This document shows, piece by piece, positions 20,399 through 30,893 of a stretch of DNA of 32,000 nucleotides. The translations under genes were made by a program, and so were the position numbers. Within the stretch, counting starts at the first letter, position 1. Each line of letters opens with the position of its first letter. Source of the DNA: Fastidiosibacter lacustris (GTDB lineage Bacteria > Pseudomonadota > Gammaproteobacteria > Francisellales > Francisellaceae); the NCBI RefSeq assembly GCF_003428155.1, contig NZ_QLIR01000018.1, positions 1,428 to 33,427 on the forward strand, given 5' to 3'. The notes below the pieces were generated by a model, which was given only the letters and a program-made list of their open reading frames with translations, was not told the DNA's origin and did not search any database.

Positions 20399-21408
20399 TT
20401 TTAGATATTATTTGGATCGTTTTGAAGATTTTATTGATAGTCATCCCATTGATACTTGTTGTTGCTTATTACACTTATGCTGAACGTAAAGTGATCGGTT
20501 ATATGCAGGATCGTATAGGTCCAAATAGAGTGGGTTCGTTTGGTCTTTTACAGCCAATTGTTGATGCAATTAAGCTTTTATTAAAAGAGATTATTATTCC
20601 TGCGAAATCAAACCGATATTTATTTTTTATTGCGCCGATGTTGGCTTTTGCTCCAGCTTATACTGCTTGGGCGGTTGTGCCATTTGGTCAAGGAGTTGTG
20701 TTAGCAAATATTAATGCAGGTGTGCTATATATTTTGGCGATGACTTCCATTGCAGTATATGGGGTGATTATTGCCGGCTGGGCTTCTAACTCGAAATATG
20801 CGATGTTTGGAGCATTACGTGCGGCAGCGCAAGTGGTCTCATATGAACTTGCAATGGGCTTTGCGATTATTGGTGTGCTGATTGCTGCTGGCTCCTTGAA
20901 CCTAAGCACGATTGTCGAAACGCAAAAAGGGGGCTTTTGGCATTGGTATTTTATTCCACTTTTCCCGCTTTTCATTATTTATTTTATTGCAGGAGTCGCT
21001 GAAACTGGGCGTGCGCCATTTGATGTGATTGAGGGGGAGTCTGAAATTGTAGCGGGTCACCATGTCGAATACTCAGGTGCACGCTTTGCGCTATTCTTCT
21101 TGGCAGAATATGCCAATATGATTTTGATCAGCTTATTAACAGCTGTTTTTTTCCTAGGCGGCTGGATGTCACCATTTGAGCAGATTCCGGTGTTGGATAA
21201 ATTCTTTAACTTTGTGCCGGGTATAATTTGGCTATTCTTAAAGACAGGGGTATTTATGTTTATGTATCTTTGGATTCGTGCTACTTTTCCAAGATACCGT
21301 TATGATCAATTAATGCGTTTGGGTTGGAAGATTTTTATTCCAGTTACCCTAGTATGGGTAATTGTAGTTGCTTTCATGGTTAAACTTGGCTTAAGCCCTT
21401 GGTGGTAG
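20395..21408 (+). CDS. nuoH: NADH-quinone oxidoreductase subunit H
   Basis: 337 aa polytopic membrane protein. It has [20 protein letters not shown] and [27 protein letters not shown]. Confidence 0.94.
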   Translation: MILDIIWIVLKILLIVIPLILVVAYYTYAERKVIGYMQDRIGPNRVGSFGLLQPIVDAIKLLLKEIIIPAKSNRYLFFIAPMLAFAPAYTAWAVVPFGQGVVLANINAGVLYILAMTSIAVYGVIIAGWASNSKYAMFGALRAAAQVVSYELAMGFAIIGVLIAAGSLNLSTIVETQKGGFWHWYFIPLFPLFIIYFIAGVAETGRAPFDVIEGESEIVAGHHVEYSGARFALFFLAEYANMILISLLTAVFFLGGWMSPFEQIPVLDKFFNFVPGIIWLFLKTGVFMFMYLWIRATFPRYRYDQLMRLGWKIFIPVTLVWVIVVAFMVKLGLSPWW

Positions 21409-21424
21409 GAGAGGAGGTTTAGAT

Positions 21425-21916
21425 ATGTTTAAAACAATTAAACGTTATTGTCAGACTTTCTTGCTGTGGGAGTTAGTAAAAGGTCTTAAGATTACAGGTA
21501 AGCATCTTTTTACGCGCAAGGTAACCGTGCAATATCCTGATGAAAAAACACCACAATCAGGTCGTTTTCGTGGTTTACATGCTTTACGTCGTTATGAAAA
21601 TGGTGAAGAGCGTTGTATTGCATGTAAATTGTGTGAAGTGGTATGTCCTGCTTTGGCAATTACAATAGAAGCAGCGCCGCGCAAAGATGGTTCAAGGCGC
21701 ACCACAAAATATGAAATTGACTTATTTAAATGTATTTTTTGTGGCTTGTGCGAAGAATCTTGTCCTGTCGATTCTATTGTTGAAACACGTATATTTGAGT
21801 ATCACTTTGAGAATCGTGGTGAAAATATCATGACAAAAGCAAAACTGTTGGCAATTGGAGATCAGTATGAACAGGAGATTGCCAGGGATCGTGAAGTGGA
21901 CAAGGCATTTAGATAG
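21425..21916 (+). CDS. nuoI: NADH-quinone oxidoreductase subunit I (2x 4Fe-4S ferredoxin)
   Basis: 163 aa, with two CxxCxxCxxxCP motifs: [12 protein letters not shown] and [12 protein letters not shown]. Confidence 0.94.
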   Translation: MFKTIKRYCQTFLLWELVKGLKITGKHLFTRKVTVQYPDEKTPQSGRFRGLHALRRYENGEERCIACKLCEVVCPALAITIEAAPRKDGSRRTTKYEIDLFKCIFCGLCEESCPVDSIVETRIFEYHFENRGENIMTKAKLLAIGDQYEQEIARDREVDKAFR

Positions 21917-21924
21917 GAGCCAAG

Positions 21925-22527
21925 ATGAGCGTTAACATTATATTTTACGTTTTTGCAACCCTCACTGTTTTAGGTGCTTTGCTGGTGATTAGTGCTAAAA
22001 ACCCAGTGCGAGCAGTGATTGCTAAGGTATTTACTTTCTTTGCAGCAGCGGGGGTGTGGTTAACTATGCAACAAGAATACTTGGCTTTACTTTTAATCGT
22101 TGTTTATGTCGGTGCGGTTTTGGTTATGTTCTTGTTTGTGGTGATGATGCTTGATATCGATATCATCATTAAGCAAAAAAAGCTTGTTTTCTATTGGCCG
22201 ATTGTAATTGTGCTTTGTGTTTGTTTGGCTGTGTTGATTTCAATTGTGGCGACACATACGTTTAGCGGTAAAGTGCTCACAGGGGGATTAGGTACAGTTG
22301 AAAACCTAGGACGTGAGCTGTTTTCTGATAAATATCTCTATACTTTTGAGCTTGCAGGTATGATTTTGTTAGCTGCAATGGTTGCGGCTATCACGCTTAC
22401 TTTCCGTGGTAAAAAACCAGGTAATAAATCTATGAACCCCGCATTACAAATCAAAACTCAGGCTAAAGATCGTTTGACAATGGTTAAAATGAAGTCTGAA
22501 AAGACTAATAAGGGAGAACCTAAATGA
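21925..22527 (+). CDS. nuoJ: NADH-quinone oxidoreductase subunit J
   Basis: 200 aa hydrophobic protein at the expected operon position. It has the [16 protein letters not shown] block, and its stop overlaps the nuoK start. Confidence 0.88.
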   Translation: MSVNIIFYVFATLTVLGALLVISAKNPVRAVIAKVFTFFAAAGVWLTMQQEYLALLLIVVYVGAVLVMFLFVVMMLDIDIIIKQKKLVFYWPIVIVLCVCLAVLISIVATHTFSGKVLTGGLGTVENLGRELFSDKYLYTFELAGMILLAAMVAAITLTFRGKKPGNKSMNPALQIKTQAKDRLTMVKMKSEKTNKGEPK

Positions 22528-22841
22528 CAAGTATTCCTGTGCCCTTAACGCATTATCTTATTTTTAGTGCCATTATTTTTTCACTGAGTGTTGCTGGTAT
22601 TATCATCAATCGTCGTAACTTGTTGATCTTATTGATGTCAATAGAGTTAATGTTATTGGCGATAAATACGAATTTTATTGCCTTTTCAAGTATGCTAAAG
22701 CAAAACACAGGTGAGGTGTTTGTATTCTTCATTTTAACTGTTGCAGCAGCAGAAGCAGCGATTGGTTTAGCGATTGTTGTGGTGTTATTTAGAACACGTA
22801 AGACAATTGATGTTGGTCAACTTAATACACTAAAAGGTTAG
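22524..22841 (+). CDS. nuoK: NADH-quinone oxidoreductase subunit K
   Basis: 105 aa, three TM helices. It has [10 protein letters not shown] and [11 protein letters not shown]. Confidence 0.9.
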   Translation: MTSIPVPLTHYLIFSAIIFSLSVAGIIINRRNLLILLMSIELMLLAINTNFIAFSSMLKQNTGEVFVFFILTVAAAEAAIGLAIVVVLFRTRKTIDVGQLNTLKG

Positions 22842-22845
22842 GTCA

Positions 22846-24855
22846 ATGGGTATTGATTTTATTATTGCTATCATCATTTTGGCGCCAGCATTTGGTGCAA
22901 TTGCGGCGGGCTTTTTTGCTAAGAAAGTCCAGCCTATTGGTGTGAATTGCATTACCATTGGCTTGGTTGGGTTGTCGTTTATTCTAAGTGTGGTCTTAGC
23001 TTTAGGCGTGTATCTAAATAATGCTGTTTATACAGCAACTTATTTTAACTGGGCTCTTTTTCCAAGTTTAGGCATGAAAGTAAGCTTCACTGTCGATAGA
23101 CTTTCTGCTTTTATGATGGTGATTGTGACTTTCGTATCAGCTTTAGTCCATATCTATTCAGTTGGTTATATGCGTGGTGAAGCAGGTTATGCGCGCTTCT
23201 TTGCTTACATTTCAGGCTTTACTTTTGCTATGTTGTGCTTAGTCATGGGTAATAACTTTTTATTACTTTTCTTTGGTTGGGAAGGTGTTGGTCTATTCTC
23301 GTATTTGCTTATTGGTTATTACTTTGATAAAGACTCAGCCAATGAGGCAAGTTTACGTGCATTTATTATTAATCGGGTTGGTGACCTTGGCTTTTTATTA
23401 GGCATTGCTGCGGTCATTTACTACTGCAATTCCATTGATTATAGTACGGTGTTCACTACTATAGCCAATTTGGATAATAACCAAGTGATTTCCTTTTTAG
23501 GCATGAAGTTTAGTCCAATTACCTTAATGTGCGTGCTGTTGTTTGTTGGTGCAATGGGTAAATCAGCTCAGTTTCCATTACATACCTGGTTAGAAGGCTC
23601 AATGGAGGGTCCAACACCAATTTCTGCTTTGATCCATGCTGCAACGATGGTAACAGCAGGGGTGTTTATGGTAGCGCGCTTATCTCCGATGTTTGTTCAC
23701 TCGACAACGGCTTTAAGCTTTGTGATGATTATTGGCGCCATTACGTGTTTGTTTATGGGGTTGATTGCAATTGTGCAGATGGATATTAAGCGCGTTATTG
23801 CTTATTGTACATTATCTCAATTGGGTTATATGATGGTTGCTCAAGGCGCATCGGGTTTTTCAATCGGTATGTTCCATTTAATGACCCATGCGATGTTTAA
23901 AGCTTTACTATTTTTGGCAGCAGGTTCGGTGATTGTTGCGCTTCATCACGAGCAAGATATGCGTAAAATGGGTGGATTGCGGAAATACATGCCTATTACC
24001 TATATTTGTATGATCATTGGTGGTTGGGCGCTTGCAGCTATCCCTCCATTTGCAGGTTTTTTCTCAAAAGATTTAATCATTGAAACAGCAGAAATCACTA
24101 CTTTACCTGGTCATGAATTTGCGTATTATTTAGTATTGGCATGTGCATTTGTTACTCCATTCTATACTTTTAGAATGATTTTTATGACTTTTCATGGTCA
24201 GCCAAGAATGGACGCGCATACTAAGGCACATATAAAGGAATCACCTTGGAGTATTTTGATTCCACTTATTTTGCTAGCCATTCCATCGATTTTTATGGGT
24301 ATGTTGTTCTTTGAACTAGCGTTAACACCAAATACAGCTAATTCAGACGGGTTCTTTGGCAATACTATTGCGCAATATATGCAACCGCAATTAGGTAACA
24401 TGACCGTAATTAGCGTATTGGCAGAAGAAGCAATAACGAAAACACCTTGGGACTACATTATGCACTCCCTGCATACTGCTCCTTTTTGGTTAGCAGTCTT
24501 AGCTTTGATTCTAGCCTATATCTTTTATGTTTTGATGCCAAATATTCCAAAGACACTCGCCAACGTACGCTCAGGTATGGGTATTTTGCATTATGTGTTA
24601 GTAAAAAAATACTTTATTGATGAACTGTATGACTTGGTGTTTGTTAAAGGTACGAGGTTATTGAGTAAATTTTTATGGGTTGTCGTTGATATCTTTATGA
24701 TCGATAAAATTGCTGTGCAAGGTAGTGCAAATTTAATTTATTTCACTGGTAAGAAACTGACCAAGGTTCAGCGTGGTTATTTGTTTGATTATGCGTTGGT
24801 GCTTTTGATCGGTGTATTGGCATTAATCACATGGCTTATTTTTTGGGTAAACTAG
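22846..24855 (+). CDS. nuoL: NADH-quinone oxidoreductase subunit L
   Basis: 669 aa antiporter-like subunit. It has GWEGVGLFSYLLIGYYF, GKSAQFPLHTWL..MEGPTPISALIHAATMVTAGV and a long C-terminal lateral-helix region. Confidence 0.94.
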   Translation: MGIDFIIAIIILAPAFGAIAAGFFAKKVQPIGVNCITIGLVGLSFILSVVLALGVYLNNAVYTATYFNWALFPSLGMKVSFTVDRLSAFMMVIVTFVSALVHIYSVGYMRGEAGYARFFAYISGFTFAMLCLVMGNNFLLLFFGWEGVGLFSYLLIGYYFDKDSANEASLRAFIINRVGDLGFLLGIAAVIYYCNSIDYSTVFTTIANLDNNQVISFLGMKFSPITLMCVLLFVGAMGKSAQFPLHTWLEGSMEGPTPISALIHAATMVTAGVFMVARLSPMFVHSTTALSFVMIIGAITCLFMGLIAIVQMDIKRVIAYCTLSQLGYMMVAQGASGFSIGMFHLMTHAMFKALLFLAAGSVIVALHHEQDMRKMGGLRKYMPITYICMIIGGWALAAIPPFAGFFSKDLIIETAEITTLPGHEFAYYLVLACAFVTPFYTFRMIFMTFHGQPRMDAHTKAHIKESPWSILIPLILLAIPSIFMGMLFFELALTPNTANSDGFFGNTIAQYMQPQLGNMTVISVLAEEAITKTPWDYIMHSLHTAPFWLAVLALILAYIFYVLMPNIPKTLANVRSGMGILHYVLVKKYFIDELYDLVFVKGTRLLSKFLWVVVDIFMIDKIAVQGSANLIYFTGKKLTKVQRGYLFDYALVLLIGVLALITWLIFWVN

Positions 24856-24879
24856 GGCATTTAGAGGAAAGTTAATATT

Positions 24880-26493
24880 ATGTTTATAACTCATTATTTA
24901 CTGAGTTTACTAATTTGGGTGCCGGTTATTGGCGGCTTTATTGTGCTTGCGGCAAAATCTCCTGATGGCAAGAAAGAAGCAGCGCGTTGGACGGCACTGG
25001 CAGTGGCGGTGATAACGCTTCTATTGTGTATTCCTTTATATCTTGAGTTTGATCCAACCACTGCACAAATGCAGTTTGTTGAGCGTGTACGTTGGTTTAG
25101 TTTGTTTGCTAATAAAGATGCCGTTTATTACTATCTTGGTGTAGACGGTTTTTCTGTATTGTTTATTATTTTGACAAGTTTCACCAACCTTGTAATTGTG
25201 CTGGCGGCTTGGCATAGTATCAAGGTGCGTTTAAGACAGTACATGGCGATCTTTTTGATTACAACAGGCTTAACCAATGCTGTTTTTATGGCACAGGATA
25301 CTATGCTTTTCTATATTTTCTGGGAAGCATTATTAATTCCAACAACTCTGGGTATTGGTATTTGGGGCGGTAAGAAAAAGGCCTATGCAGCTCTTAAATA
25401 CTTTTTGTATACCTTTGCAGGTTCTATCTTCTTATTGCTTGCGTTTTTATACATACAACGACAAGTAGCCGCTTTGCCCACTAGCTCACTTGTGGATAGT
25501 GGCACGTTCTCGATCCAAAACTTTATCTTCTGGGCAACGGAAGTTAATAACATAGGGCAATTGATCAATATTACGCTAACGACGCAATTGCTATTGTTCG
25601 GTGCATTTTTCTTGGCTTTTGCCGTTAAAATACCGATGTGGCCGTTTCATTCATGGTTACCAGATGCGCATTCAGAAGCACCCGCGGGTGGTTCGGTTGT
25701 TTTGGCTGCTTTGATGTTAAAGCTAGGTGCATATGGTTTCCTACGCTTTGTGTTGCCTCTGATTCCAGCAGTTACTGCTATGTTGGATTGGTTTTTAATT
25801 GTTATGTCCCTCATTGCTATTGTATACGTTGGGATTGTTGCAATTGCTCAAACTGATTTTAAACGCTTAATTGCTTACTCATCCATCTCACATATGGGAT
25901 TAGTGACATTGGCAATGTTTTCGATCTTTCTTTTAGTAAAAAATAATCCAGATCACATGCTTGGAATGGCGGATGCGCAGTTTGCCATTCAAGGTGCGGT
26001 GTTTCAGATGATTGCTCACGCTTTTTCGTCAGGTGGAATGTTTATTGGTTGTGGTTATTTATATTTACGGATGCAAACACGTAATATTGCTGATTTTCAA
26101 GGTGTTGCCCGTTCAATGCCAATATTTGCGACTTTTTTTATGTTATTTTGTTTAGCAAACGTCGGACTCCCAGGCACAAGTGGTTTTGTCGGTGAGTTTT
26201 TAATTATTTTAGCTGTGTTTAAATATTCTCCTTGGGTGGCACTGTTAGCAGGATTGACACTTATCATTGCACCTGCTTATACGCTTTGGATGTATAAGAG
26301 GGTGTTCTTTGGTAAAGTAGTAACCACACAAGTGGCGACACTTAAAGATATTTCTGGACTTGAGATTTTTGTGCTTGTGTTGTTGGCAATACCAACGATT
26401 TTGTTTGGTGTTTATCCTGAGCCGATTTTACAACTTTCTTCTGCGGCTTCAACGCATATCATCCAAGCTGCACATGCGATAACGATAGGATAA
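24880..26493 (+). CDS. nuoM: NADH-quinone oxidoreductase subunit M
   Basis: 537 aa antiporter-like subunit. It has FAVKIPMWPFHSWLPDAHSEAPAGGSVVLAALMLKLGAYG. Confidence 0.94.
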   Translation: MFITHYLLSLLIWVPVIGGFIVLAAKSPDGKKEAARWTALAVAVITLLLCIPLYLEFDPTTAQMQFVERVRWFSLFANKDAVYYYLGVDGFSVLFIILTSFTNLVIVLAAWHSIKVRLRQYMAIFLITTGLTNAVFMAQDTMLFYIFWEALLIPTTLGIGIWGGKKKAYAALKYFLYTFAGSIFLLLAFLYIQRQVAALPTSSLVDSGTFSIQNFIFWATEVNNIGQLINITLTTQLLLFGAFFLAFAVKIPMWPFHSWLPDAHSEAPAGGSVVLAALMLKLGAYGFLRFVLPLIPAVTAMLDWFLIVMSLIAIVYVGIVAIAQTDFKRLIAYSSISHMGLVTLAMFSIFLLVKNNPDHMLGMADAQFAIQGAVFQMIAHAFSSGGMFIGCGYLYLRMQTRNIADFQGVARSMPIFATFFMLFCLANVGLPGTSGFVGEFLIILAVFKYSPWVALLAGLTLIIAPAYTLWMYKRVFFGKVVTTQVATLKDISGLEIFVLVLLAIPTILFGVYPEPILQLSSAASTHIIQAAHAITIG

Positions 26494-26501
26494 GATTAAA
26501 T

Positions 26502-27944
26502 ATGATGTTAGCAAATATTATCACTGTATTACCTGAAATTACCTTGAGTATTGGCGCACTTGTAGTGATGTTATCTGACTTGTTTTGGGGCAAGAGAGTT
26601 AAGAATATCGCCTATATTTTGACTCAGTTATTTTTAATTATTGCGTCTTGGATTTTATTGAAGTCTTTGTTAAGCCACGTCCATGTCGGTTTTGAAGGGC
26701 AAACTCTATCCAACGAACTAACTTTTGTATTGCAAGAAGTTATTGTGTTAGTTGCGTTTTTCGTGTTTATCTATTGTAAAGAATACATAGAAGATAGGCA
26801 GTTACCGCAAGGTGAGTTTTATGTGTTAGCACTTTTGTCTATTTTGGGGGCGCTGGTGTTAACTTCAGCACATAGTTTATTAACTATTTACATTGGATTA
26901 GAGCTTTTATCTTTACCGCTTTATGCACTTCTTGCGATTCGCCGCGGATTTGCTAAAGGTGCTGAAGCAGCAATTAAATACTTTGTATTAGGAGCGATAG
27001 CATCAGGCTTGTTATTATATGGAATGTCGTTTATCTATGGTATTACTGGCAGTCTGGATTTAACTGAAATTGGTAAATACCTTACCAATCCAACAGCTGC
27101 ACATATGGATATCGTGTTAATCGCTATGGTATTAATGATTACAACGGCTACTTTTAAGCTTGGAGCTGTGCCTTTTCATATGTGGGTACCAGATGTTTAT
27201 GAAGGCTCACCTAATGCAGTGACTGCTTTTTTAGCGTCAGTACCAAAAGTTGCCGCTTTTGCAATGCTTGTTAATATTCTAATGATTGCAATGCCAGCAC
27301 AATCCTTTGCCTGGACAAAAGTATTAATGGTATTGGCAGTGATTTCGATCTTCTTTGGTAACTTGATGGCGCTAGCCCAGAAGAACCTTAAGCGTTTATT
27401 AGGTTATTCCACGATTTCGCACGTCGGATTTGTGTTGTTAGCGCTTATTTTGAATCCCACTGCTTTTGCGGTATCAACTGCATTATTTTATGTTATCATC
27501 TATGTACTTATGTCAGCAGCAGCTTTTGGTGTACTTATCGTATTGAGTGTTAAAGGTAATGATGTTGAAAACCTAGGTGACTTTGCAGGACTGAACCGTC
27601 GTAATCCGTGGATTGCCTTTCTAATGTTGATCGTCATGTTTTCAATGGCAGGTATTCCACCGTTATCAGGTTTTACAGCTAAGCTTTTTGTGATTATGGG
27701 CTTGGTTGATACAGGGCATCTAGGTTTGGCTATTTATGCACTTATCATGTCTGTCATTGCTGCATATTATTATTTACGTGTTATTAAAGTGATGTACTTT
27801 GAGTTACCTAAAAACCAGACCCCTGTTTATGCCAATAAAGTTACTTTGTTTGGCTTGAGTATTAACACCGGACTGATTTTACTATTAGGGGTATTCCCAG
27901 CACTTCTTGTTACACTTATTACACCAATTTATATGCTGTTTTGA
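26502..27944 (+). CDS. nuoN: NADH-quinone oxidoreductase subunit N
   Basis: 480 aa antiporter-like subunit and the last nuo gene. It has FKLGAVPFHMWVPDVYEGSPNAVTAFLAS. Confidence 0.93.
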   Translation: MMLANIITVLPEITLSIGALVVMLSDLFWGKRVKNIAYILTQLFLIIASWILLKSLLSHVHVGFEGQTLSNELTFVLQEVIVLVAFFVFIYCKEYIEDRQLPQGEFYVLALLSILGALVLTSAHSLLTIYIGLELLSLPLYALLAIRRGFAKGAEAAIKYFVLGAIASGLLLYGMSFIYGITGSLDLTEIGKYLTNPTAAHMDIVLIAMVLMITTATFKLGAVPFHMWVPDVYEGSPNAVTAFLASVPKVAAFAMLVNILMIAMPAQSFAWTKVLMVLAVISIFFGNLMALAQKNLKRLLGYSTISHVGFVLLALILNPTAFAVSTALFYVIIYVLMSAAAFGVLIVLSVKGNDVENLGDFAGLNRRNPWIAFLMLIVMFSMAGIPPLSGFTAKLFVIMGLVDTGHLGLAIYALIMSVIAAYYYLRVIKVMYFELPKNQTPVYANKVTLFGLSINTGLILLLGVFPALLVTLITPIYMLF

Positions 27945-28158
27945 TTTTTATTATTAGGAGTATTTCTAGCACTATAGAGTCCTAACTTTCTATCTTAACT
28001 TTACTTTAAGTTGTTTCAGTAATTACCAGTGATGTATAGTCATTCTAATAAATATTCACATTATCCAATCTATATTTCAAAATGGTTATCATAAGATATA
28101 GGATAGATTTGACACTTAGAAATTTAAAATGTTAGATGTGGTCTGTGGAGCGCTTACA

Positions 28159-29874
28159 TTAAGCCAACCAAAAGAAAATTACTATGGCTATACAGATCGT
28201 AATGAAAAAGAAAATCTTAGTAGAATTGTCATCAATATTTTTTCTTTCCAATGGTTTATTTACTGAGCTTTTAGTATTTAATTTAGATAATGAATTATGA
28301 GAATTGTTAGAACTGAAAGGTGATTTCTGACCAAAATGAGTATTACGGTTTCCATTATTTTTAATAGTAGATTGACTAACAGTTTGTGGTTTATTTATTG
28401 TGTTTTTCATCGATTTTATATCATTTAATAAACTAATGTTTTTATTTGATTGTTGTGGAAATGAAGTAATCTTACTTATTGTTTTATCATGATTTTTAAT
28501 ATGCTTTAAATCATCTAAAATACCTTTATTATTATCCTTAATATTAGGAATTACAGCTTTAGTTTTATTTAATCGAAACTTTGCATCTTGTTCATTCATA
28601 ATAAATAGCTGGTTAATATTTTTAAGCTCCATTTGTATTTGATTAGGTGCGCTTTTATGAGTTAAGAACATCCCACTAACACTTATCCATTTTGAAACTA
28701 AGTTATCTAAACTACCAACTCTTTTAATATCATTAGGTGTACAATTCCATACTACTATTTTTATCATTTTTTTTCCTTTAGAATAGGAGCTAAAATTTAA
28801 AAAAACGTATGGTTGATTAATTGTTGTCGTGCCTGATTTGTAGTTATGTATTTTCCCAATTAATTCTACTTTAGTTCCAATCAAAGAATATGCTAGATTA
28901 TAATCGGTAGCATCAACCACTGGAAATGCTGCAATATAATTCTTTTCACTAAATGGAGTTAATGAATGATTGCTAGTAGGAATGTTGCAACCATTTAAAA
29001 AATCGCTAAGAGTTGGTATTGATAGATAAGAGCTTTTGCAGATAGACATAAACCATTTAGCTTTATCCTCTAACTCATTTATTCTTAAAATACTATTGAA
29101 AATTTTAGAAGATTCTGGATCTCTAAAATCATTAGCCTTAAATACAATTGCATCACCTGAAGCACTTTCATTCCATATATCAGGTCTTTTTTGTAACACG
29201 TCTATTGCTAGAGAAAGTGATATAAATGAGAATCTATCAAGTTTGTTATCATAAGGGTTTATTTTTTCTCTTTCTGGATGTTGAAAGTTTCGCTGCCCAA
29301 GTTCAGCACTACCTAAATTTTTTATACCTTCAAAAAACATTCCATCATAATCTATTAATTTCACAGAGTAGTCAGAACTATTCACAATAAGATTATCAAT
29401 TTGAATATCTCCATGTGCTATATTATTTTTTTCTAAAAATATATTTAAACCCAATAATGATTGATTAAGTTTTATTAAAGCACTTGGATTATTTAGATTG
29501 TTCTCAATAAATTCACCAAGGGTTTCTCCATTAGCCCAATCCATTTTTATAATTGGGTATTTTTTCCCTTTTACTAATATGCCATTAGCTATAAAATCAA
29601 AATTAAGAAAATAATTTGAATTTAGTTTGTTAATATTTTTAGATATTTCCGCATAACGTGCTTCAAGTGATTTCGATTCTTTATGAAAGCAGCGAATTGC
29701 ATATTTTTTGTGATTATATTGAGCTATGTATGTTAATGCAAATCCACCACATAATGCTAATGGAACTCCTAATCCAGTTTTTTTGAAAATAGCATATTTA
29801 AGCTCATGATCACTAAAACATCCTTTAGGATTTTGTAATGCTTCTTGGTAATTTTCAAGGCTTGGATAAGGCAT
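28159..29874 (-). CDS. Hanks-type Ser/Thr protein kinase with an OB-fold-like middle module, an N/S/K-rich linker and a C-terminal TM tail anchor (kinase of a TerY-P-type triad)
   Basis: 571 aa. The glycine-rich loop is LCGGFALTY and the catalytic loop is HGDIQIDN (H154-N161). DYDG at 175-178 stands in for DFG, and GQRNFQHPE is the APE-like segment. Residues ~315-425 are beta-rich. Residues ~430-550 are low complexity. The last 19 residues, IFFFITICIAIVIFFWLA, are hydrophobic. The start lies 8 nt after the phosphatase stop. Confidence 0.8.
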   Translation of the reverse strand: MPYPSLENYQEALQNPKGCFSDHELKYAIFKKTGLGVPLALCGGFALTYIAQYNHKKYAIRCFHKESKSLEARYAEISKNINKLNSNYFLNFDFIANGILVKGKKYPIIKMDWANGETLGEFIENNLNNPSALIKLNQSLLGLNIFLEKNNIAHGDIQIDNLIVNSSDYSVKLIDYDGMFFEGIKNLGSAELGQRNFQHPEREKINPYDNKLDRFSFISLSLAIDVLQKRPDIWNESASGDAIVFKANDFRDPESSKIFNSILRINELEDKAKWFMSICKSSYLSIPTLSDFLNGCNIPTSNHSLTPFSEKNYIAAFPVVDATDYNLAYSLIGTKVELIGKIHNYKSGTTTINQPYVFLNFSSYSKGKKMIKIVVWNCTPNDIKRVGSLDNLVSKWISVSGMFLTHKSAPNQIQMELKNINQLFIMNEQDAKFRLNKTKAVIPNIKDNNKGILDDLKHIKNHDKTISKITSFPQQSNKNISLLNDIKSMKNTINKPQTVSQSTIKNNGNRNTHFGQKSPFSSNNSHNSLSKLNTKSSVNKPLERKNIDDNSTKIFFFITICIAIVIFFWLA

Positions 29875-29882
29875 AAGTAATC

Positions 29883-30605
29883 CTAAAGTTTAAGACTAAT
29901 TAAAGTTGTATCATCTAGTCTAATGGAGTTATTTTTTCTATTATGCTCTATTAAATTCAAAAAGCTTTCTGTATCTTCTATTTCTAAAAGTTGACTCCAT
30001 TCAGATGTATTATTTCTTTCATACATTTTTAAAAACCATTCACCTAAAGCATCAGACATAACTAAAATATGTGGAAATTCAAAATGCTGTAAGTCCCATA
30101 CTCCTGTGTTAATTTCACTAATAACGTCATCATTACTAAAACTGTCATATTTACTTTCAGATGCTAACAATAAAGGTCGATGAGAGAACTCACAAGATTC
30201 AAGATAATGAAAAGTATTAATTTTCACATTGCCATCAAAAAGGATAGCTATACAATCGCCAATAGATAATAATTCAACTTTCTTTTTATCTTCATCAAAA
30301 GTAAGACCTAGTAAAGTTGAAAAACTACCCCGGCTATATGATGCTAATTTAGACCAACTAAAGTCAGATTTATCAAATTGAATAGAATAATTAAATCTGG
30401 CTTTTTCAAGCCATTCGGCATTGATGCATTCTGATTCAATATACTGATTAGCCAATACAGTTGCCCATTCTTTTGCCGCAAATGATTCACTGGCACCATC
30501 GCATAGTACAACCTTTTTATTGTCATAATTTATACAGAACACATCTTCATTACTTGAAAATTCAGTGGATTCTTTAGGAATTGTTCCTTGAAATTTAACT
30601 TTCAT
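29883..30605 (-). CDS. PP2C-family Ser/Thr protein phosphatase (PP2C_2-like)
   Basis: 240 aa with the ordered metal-binding motifs NEDVF, VLCDGASES, SIGDC, VMSDALGEW and LDDTTLISL. It starts 3 nt after the vWA reading frame ends. Confidence 0.8.
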   Translation of the reverse strand: MKVKFQGTIPKESTEFSSNEDVFCINYDNKKVVLCDGASESFAAKEWATVLANQYIESECINAEWLEKARFNYSIQFDKSDFSWSKLASYSRGSFSTLLGLTFDEDKKKVELLSIGDCIAILFDGNVKINTFHYLESCEFSHRPLLLASESKYDSFSNDDVISEINTGVWDLQHFEFPHILVMSDALGEWFLKMYERNNTSEWSQLLEIEDTESFLNLIEHNRKNNSIRLDDTTLISLKL

Positions 30606-30608
30606 GTT

Positions 30609-30893
30609 TTATCTTAATTGACTAGCTCTAGTTCCAATATCAAAGAAATCAACTATTTCAGGTGCATCAGCATTAAACATAAATCCTCTAGATTCAGCAG
30701 ATACATGATGCCCCTTATTTTGAGCAAATCTAACTAAGTGTTCTGGTAATTGGCTAGACATTTTAAATAACATTTTAGCAAATTGATCGGGTAGATTATG
30801 ATCATGAGATGGAAATCTTATTGCATCATCTTTAAGCATACTTATATGAATATTAAGTAATAAAACTTGTCCATCTTTCGTAGATATTTGCCG
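30609..30893 (-). pseudogene. in-frame continuation (C-terminal part) of the vWA gene downstream of the internal TGA
   Basis: This is the same frame as 30894-31442 (31481-30839 = 642 = 3 x 214). The 18 codons between the TGA and the annotated 76-aa ORF are open, reading RQISTKDGQVLLLNIHIS. The frame continues MLKDDAIRFPSHDHNLPDQFAKMLFKMSSQLPEHL... to TAA at 30609-30611. Confidence 0.65.

Noticed and set aside
13998-25856. Many 60-95-aa ORFs inside the nuo genes, for example 13998-14192, 14645-14875, 15225-15561, 16397-16597, 16754-17091, 18820-19038, 20688-20975, 24198-24401, 25383-25568 and 25638-25856
   Set aside because: They are out of frame or antisense within conserved complex I subunit genes and have no motifs. 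They are artefacts of long coding regions.
27954-27985. Inverted repeat TTAGGA...TCCTAA after nuoN, considered as a possible terminator
   Set aside because: It has only a 6-bp stem, a 20-nt loop and no following T-run. That is too weak to call an intrinsic terminator.
29036-29254. 72-aa plus-strand ORF antisense to the kinase gene, and a 60-aa minus-strand ORF at 30344-30526 inside the PP2C gene
   Set aside because: Both are embedded in the better-supported kinase and phosphatase frames and lack an RBS or any motif.
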